Assembly (NCBI GenBank): GCA_000388065.2
Contig: KB932204.1
Direction: 5' to 3' (one strand)
DNA from: Fonticula alba ATCC 38817
Lineage: Eukaryota; Protista; Nucleariida
DNA length: 53,099 nucleotides
Made by a program: the position numbers and the translations under genes. Positions 47,652 through 53,099 of the stretch are shown in pieces. How positions within the stretch are numbered: position 1 is the stretch's first letter; the number at the start of each line of letters is the position of its first letter. The notes beneath the pieces were generated by a model. That model did not search any database. It was given only the letters and a program-made list of their open reading frames with translations, and was not told where the DNA came from.

Positions 47652-49345
47652 ATGTCTATGACCGGCATCAGCATCAGCTCCACTCTCCAGCAGGAGAGAA
47701 AGGGTGCGTGGCTGCCTACCTTGGCCTCCCCATGGCTCCGCCTTGTGACTGTGCCCCACGAATCGCCCCAACTGACCGACCATCCTGTCTCAGACGCCAC
47801 TTGCTTCGTGAATAATCTGGATGACCGCGTGACGGAGGACATCCTGTGGGAGCTGTTCATCCAGTGTGCCCCGGTTGGTGCGTGTGCCGCGTTCGGCCCT
47901 GCCCCCTTCCCCCGGTCCTACGACGGGTTGTCCGGCCGGTCGCTAACCTGCCCCTTGCCTCTTCTGCCTGCGCTCAGTCAATGTCAAGATCCCGAAAGAC
48001 CGTGTGACCCTGCAGCGCAAGGGCATGGGTTTCGTGGAGATGCTCACCGAGGCCGATGCCGAGTATGCCATTCGCATCCTCAATAACATCAAGCTGTTTG
48101 ACCGGCAGATCCGTGTCCAGCGTGTGCGTGCTTCCTGCGCGTGCCCCCCCTCCCCCCGCTCCCCGCTCCCGCTTCCCCACCTCTTCGCTGAGGGGCTGCT
48201 TCGGCGGCTTCCTTTTTGCTGCCTTACCTTGCCCCCTCACCTGCCCTGCCCCCTGTCCGGCCATTCCTCTCCCCCCCCCCTCCCTCGCCACCTCCTCCCC
48301 AACATCCCATCACTCTGTCCTGTCTGGCGCGCACGCCCCCCAGAACATGGACAAGCAGATGGTCGACATCGGGGCCAACCTCTTCGTGCGCGGTCTGGCC
48401 CCCGAGGTCGACGAGTACATGCTGCGTGATGCATTCTCCCAGTTCGGAACGCTGTCACAAACGCCGCGCATCGGCCGCGACCCGGAGGGCATGCACAAGG
48501 GCTATGCCTTCGTGTCGTACACCACCTTCGAGGCGGCCGATGCGGCGATCGCCGCCATGAATGGCGAGTTTTTCGCCAACCGGACGATCAAGGTGGAGTA
48601 CTCCCTGAAGAAGGACTCCAAGACCGAGCGCCACGGCTCGACAGCCGGTGCGTTTCCCAGCTTGCTGGCTCCCCCCCCCCCCCACGCCCCCCTCCTCTGC
48701 TCTCTCTTTCTCCTCCCCTTCCTGACGGTGATCTTGCCTTTCTCGATGTATTTGTACGATTTGCCTTTCCGGCATGTGTGTATGGGGGGCGGGGGAACAA
48801 CGCACACAGAGCGGCTGCTGGCCCGGTCGATCCAACAGGGCGCCGAGGATGGCACCAGCTCGCGGCCGAGCCCCGCCGGCGGATCGATGGTCCTGCCGTC
48901 GTCCATGTCGGCCGGATTGGTGCAGCCAGCCATGGCCGGCGGCTTCCCCGGGGCGGCTCCCCCCGGGGCGGGTGGCATGTACCACCCCGGTCCTCATCAT
49001 CCGCCCGGGCCGATGATGCACCATGGGCCGCCGCCGAGGCACCACATGCCGGGCATGATGCCGCCGCCGCCGCCCCACCAGGCGCCATTCGGGGCTCCGC
49101 CGCCGGGCATGATGATGGGCGGCGGCTTCCGGGGTGGGGCCTTCCTGCCGCCTCCCGGGGTTGGTGGTCCTCCTGGCGGTGCCTGGGGCGCGCCTATGGA
49201 CGGGCCGCCGGGGATGATGCCGCCTGGAGGGCCGACTCCGCCGCACGGCGGACTGCCTCCGCAAAGCTACGGGCCGCCTGGCGGCCCCCTGCCAGGGCCG
49301 CCGGGCTTGGCTCCTGGTGGACCGTCGTCATTTGCACGAATGTAA
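47652..49345 (+). CDS. SF3B4: Splicing factor 3B subunit 4 (SAP49/Hsh49), 5 exons (47652-47703, 47794-47877, 47978-48123, 48344-48647, 48810-49345)
   Basis: It has two RRMs: [39 protein letters not shown] and DIGANLFVRGL...KGYAFVSYTTFEAADAAIAAMNG. These are followed by the SF3B4 signature KKDSKTERHGSTAERLLA and a Pro/Gly/His/Met-rich tail. Confidence 0.96.
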
Positions 49346-51583
49346 GCAGGTTCACGCCGCTGGTTGTCAAAGCAGCGGCTGCCAGCAATAGACCCAGCGC
49401 CACGGCGCGTTCCATCCAGAATCGAACGAAAATGGTCTCCCAGTAGTCCTCCCCGAGGGGGGAATTCAGGTCCAGCGAGGAGGGGACATCTTCAAGGTCA
49501 TCGGGGTTGTCCGGGGTGGGAGGCGTGTCGTCAGGGCCGGGGTGGTGATTGGCGTCCTTGGCGTCGCCGGCCGGATGTGGCGGGGAGCTCGAGGAGCCGG
49601 GAGGAGGCTCAGGACCATCGTCATCGTCATCGGGGATGTCGGTGACCGTTGGCTCCGTCGGGCTGGTGGCCTTCTCGGGGCTCGCGGTGGCTGCCTTTCG
49701 CCGGCGAATGAACTCCCGCAGCTCGCGGATGTTCAGCAGGTCAAGTGCACGCCAGATGGGCTCATCGGCATCCGGATCGGCGGGCGGCTGAGCGTCGATG
49801 TCAGCCGCGCTGTTGGGTTCGTCCGAAGGGTCGACCGAGGGCTCCGCATGTGGCCGGAGTCGTAGATCTCGGTGCCGATGGCAGCAGGCATTGGATGCAC
49901 TTCGGAGCGGGGAGAAGGCCCAGGGAGCAAGGGCATACAGCGGTCAGGAGGCCATGGTCGGCGACTGGCAATGGGACCAAAGGGGGGGGGGGAGGGGGGG
50001 CGAAAAAAGAGGCAGAGGCTTGCGCACCCAAAGGCACGGGTATCCGTCCAGGACGAGGAGCGCGAGAGAGCGAAGTGGGGACACAGGGGGGACAGACAGC
50101 ACGTGGAGGTGGCCTTGCCAGTGGCATAGTCCAGGGCCATGGGCATGCGGCACATTGGCGAGAAGTCCAGGCGGTCGCGCATACGCAGGACGAAGTCTCG
50201 GAGATTCGGCAGAGCTGGGTAGGAGGGAAGGAAGGCGGTCAGCTTTTGGGGAGGAGGAGCCGGGCCGTGCCGGGCCGGGCGTGCGTGCGCGCGTGTATGT
50301 ATGTATGTGTGTGTGTGTGTGTGTGTGTGTGGTGGTTGGCCAAACCGGAGCGCACTCTCAAAGATGGTGTCATGGCCAAATGGCCCGACCTCCGGGAGAC
50401 CGTGCCAGTAGAAGAGACCAAGGAAGGCAAATGCCGCGCAGTCGAGGATGCCCGGGAGCTCGGGATCGTCGAAGAAGTCCGACTTCCCGAGAGCCTGGCT
50501 CAGGTGGTAGAAAGTGGACAGAGCCCGGGCATAAACCTTTTCGCCCCGGCAGGAGAACAGGCAGGTGGGTGGGTGGGCAGCGGGCGGGAGAGAAGCGAGG
50601 CAGGCAGACATGTCAGCGGGGGGGCAGGTATCCGAGAGGGCGAAGCGCCCGGCCGGGGAGAAGGGGTGGGCGCACCGACTCCGCGACGAAGATCAACTCC
50701 TCCGGGGTCGACCGCTCAGACAGGTGGAAGTGGGCCAGGACCTCGCGCATGCGGCGATGGTAGGCGGAGCTGCCGGAAAAGAGGGTCCCAAAGAAGCTCT
50801 GATAGGGGGTCCGCGAGAGAGTGGCATTGGCGGGCTCGATGAAAAGGAGGAACATCTGCCAAGCACGGGGACAGGATGAGTCAAGGTCCGAAAGTGGCCA
50901 GAGAGGGCGTGCTGGGCAGAATGCCACAGCGGGAGCCCCAGGAGGCGGAGGTGTGATTCCTGTCGGACGCACCCAGGCATCCATCAGGTGGGACAGGATG
51001 GCGGCCGTGTGGCCGGTGGAGGCGGCCGACAGGGCCGGCAGGAGGGCCACATGCGGAAGGAGAGTCATCTCATCTGGGATGTAGTTGGGGGCCGAGGAGA
51101 AGCCAGCCAGGCATGTGGGATCCGAGAGGTCCACCGGCCCGGGGGACTGGTGCCCAGGCAGCCGAAGAAGGGCATCATACGACAGGTAGGTGGCGATGTC
51201 CAGCGGGTCGGCAAAGAGATCGGCCCCGTGACGCAGGGCAGGGATGGTGCCTTGTTTGGTTGTTTGTTTGGTTGTTTGTTTGTTTCCACCCCCCGCCCCA
51301 GCCAGCATGTCAGCGAGTGTGAGGTGGCGCGAGGTGGGGCAAGCGGCAGCCCGGTCACGGCAGGTGCGAGTGGCGTACCGGTTGGCACGTGTGTCGGGTC
51401 GGTCACCTCGTGGACCAGATGGTCGATGGAGAGGACCCGCAGGAGGGCATGCACCATCAACGAGCACGGGTCGAAGGAGGGCAGAAATGGGGCCCCCGAT
51501 CGCAGGAGGTCCGGCTGAGGGGGGAAGGAGAAAAACGTGAGCGGCACCCAGTTGGCGGGTGCGCGCGGGAAGGGGGGCGGCAT
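49194..51583 (-). CDS. Metaxin-like (Sam37/MTX1-type) mitochondrial outer-membrane GST-fold protein; multi-exon, 5' end uncertain (51583-51770)
   Basis: The N-terminal module reads LPSFDPCSLMVHALLRV...DPTHVPTG.IPALRHG...DIATYL. The GST-C-like module reads YARALSTFYHLSQALGKSDFFDDPELPGILDCAAFAFL...YPALPNLRDFVLRM. The last exon is acidic and ends in a hydrophobic anchor (AVALGLLLAAAALTTSGVNLLTFV), with the stop at 49196-49194. Confidence 0.72.
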
Positions 51584-53099
51584 GATGTGGATTTGTCGCC
51601 GTAGGCGGGATCACGAAGAGGTGGGGCGGAGCCAAGCGAGCAAGTGTGGGGGGCCGGGAGACAAGCAGGGTGGGGGGGGGGGGGGTGCAGAAGAACCGAG
51701 GAGGAGGATGTTGAGTGGGGGGGGGGCCGGTGGGGTGGGCGTCGGGCGGGCCTTTCTTAGACCTCTCCACGATGACGCTTGCTGGTTCTGTGCGACACCG
51801 GGGGGGGCGGGCGGGGCGGGCGGGGCTGGAGATGCCTAGCCAGGCTTCGAGGGGAGGGAGAGGGAGGGGGCACGGGGAGGAGGGCGAGATTGCCGCGGAT
51901 AATCACCCCCCCAACTGGGGCCCGAAGAGGGGGGGCGGGCTTGGGAGCCGTACGGCCAAGTATCTAAGCAGCTGCCCACCAACCGGGGCGGCAGAAGCAA
52001 TGCGTTCTGGACGGCGATCGCCAGCTGCTGCCAGTGCAAGGTGCCACCGCGCTTGTGGAGTATGCGTACCTCGGTGATGAAGAACGCAATTCCGGCATCA
52101 CACCGAAGGGCGCCAGAGCACTGTAGCAGGGTTCTCACGGATCCAGTCTTACGTCAAAGGAGTGAAGCTTTGACGGAAGCTATACCGGAAATCTTACTAC
52201 TAGTTAGGGACCGCTCGGGCATGAAGGAGGGCGTACCGAACCAGAAGGGTGATGAGATTACTAGCGACGAGACAAGGTAACTCGACCTAGGGGGCGAGTT
52301 AGCGGGGCGAGCAAAATAGAAAGCAATTCGTGTAACAAAAGGGGTTCGAGAGGAAGCCTTAGAACAGATGTTCGCAGGCTGGGCTGAGACTCTGTCAGGT
52401 TGTCTTAGCATACAAGCGTATACTTCAACATCGTCAACATAGTCAACATCGTCATAGCTGCTAAGGTCTTCGCTCTCAGGAGGCTCCCGCAGGGAGTCCC
52501 CCTTTTGACCTTGGGTTGGTCGTGGGGTGGATCTGAGAACCCCGCGCGCACGCGTGTCTCCCTCCTTTCCTGGGCCACCGAACTGGCCCGGTACTCGGCG
52601 GCCATCTGGCTGTCGATCTACCCCGCATTCCTCCTGAGGAGGAATGCCATTCAAGCATGCCATAATCTCCCACGGGGCCGTTCACGTGGGGATCTTGTAA
52701 TTCAACCTGTGACTTGGTTTATAGAGATTGGGGGATACCACTACAAGCACGCGAGGGTCACCTGCCCAGAGGGAAGCCCCATGACCCGCCGGGAGAGGGG
52801 ATTCTTCGCCACCGCGCCCTCTCATTTGTGTCCGGTCCTCCCCCCCCCGCTGGCTTTGGTGGTCTCTGTCTACCGGCCCTTGGCAGGGGTGTCTGCGGGC
52901 GGGTGGTATTTGTTATTATTCGCGTTCTCACCCGCCGGAAATGGACTGGCGGGCATCGATGCCCAGGCCGGGGTCTCTCTCCCCCCTTGCCTCTCCCTCT
53001 CTCCGTCTCTTTGGCACCCCCTGGCAAGACATCGGTCCTCTGCTCAAGGGCGACGGACTTGCCCGATGGCCAGCCCCCCCGGAGGCCGGGCACCCACAC

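Noticed and set aside
1-53099. Prokaryotic or phage system (operon, defence island)
   Set aside because: All identifiable genes are eukaryote-specific and interrupted by spliceosomal introns.

Overview
This is GC-rich eukaryotic genomic DNA from a draft assembly with seven N-gaps. It has many short spliceosomal introns, a dominant GTGCGT donor, and poly-C/G and microsatellite tracts. Gene content points to a unicellular opisthokont. A nucleariid such as Fonticula alba is my guess from composition and gene content, not a database result. I could hand-splice nine intron-containing genes: heterotrimeric G-protein alpha (+), exocyst Sec3/EXOC1 (-), G-protein gamma (+), a very large orphan multi-pass membrane/coiled-coil protein (+), a GATAD1-like BAH-domain protein (-), AP-2 alpha-adaptin (+), a two-domain transmembrane class III adenylyl cyclase with metazoan-style motifs (-), SF3B4/SAP49 (+) and a metaxin-like protein (-). 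The strongest leads are: (1) G-alpha, G-gamma and a transmembrane adenylyl cyclase within about 44 kb; (2) an apparent 152-nt antisense CDS-CDS overlap between SF3B4 and metaxin; (3) a near-invariant C at donor position +4; (4) a BAH protein resembling GATAD1 with no visible GATA finger; (5) a lower-GC island near the right end. I found no supportable rRNA, tRNA, CRISPR array or intact mobile element. Most ORFs in the track are GC-rich shadow frames. All exon boundaries are manual inferences without transcript data.
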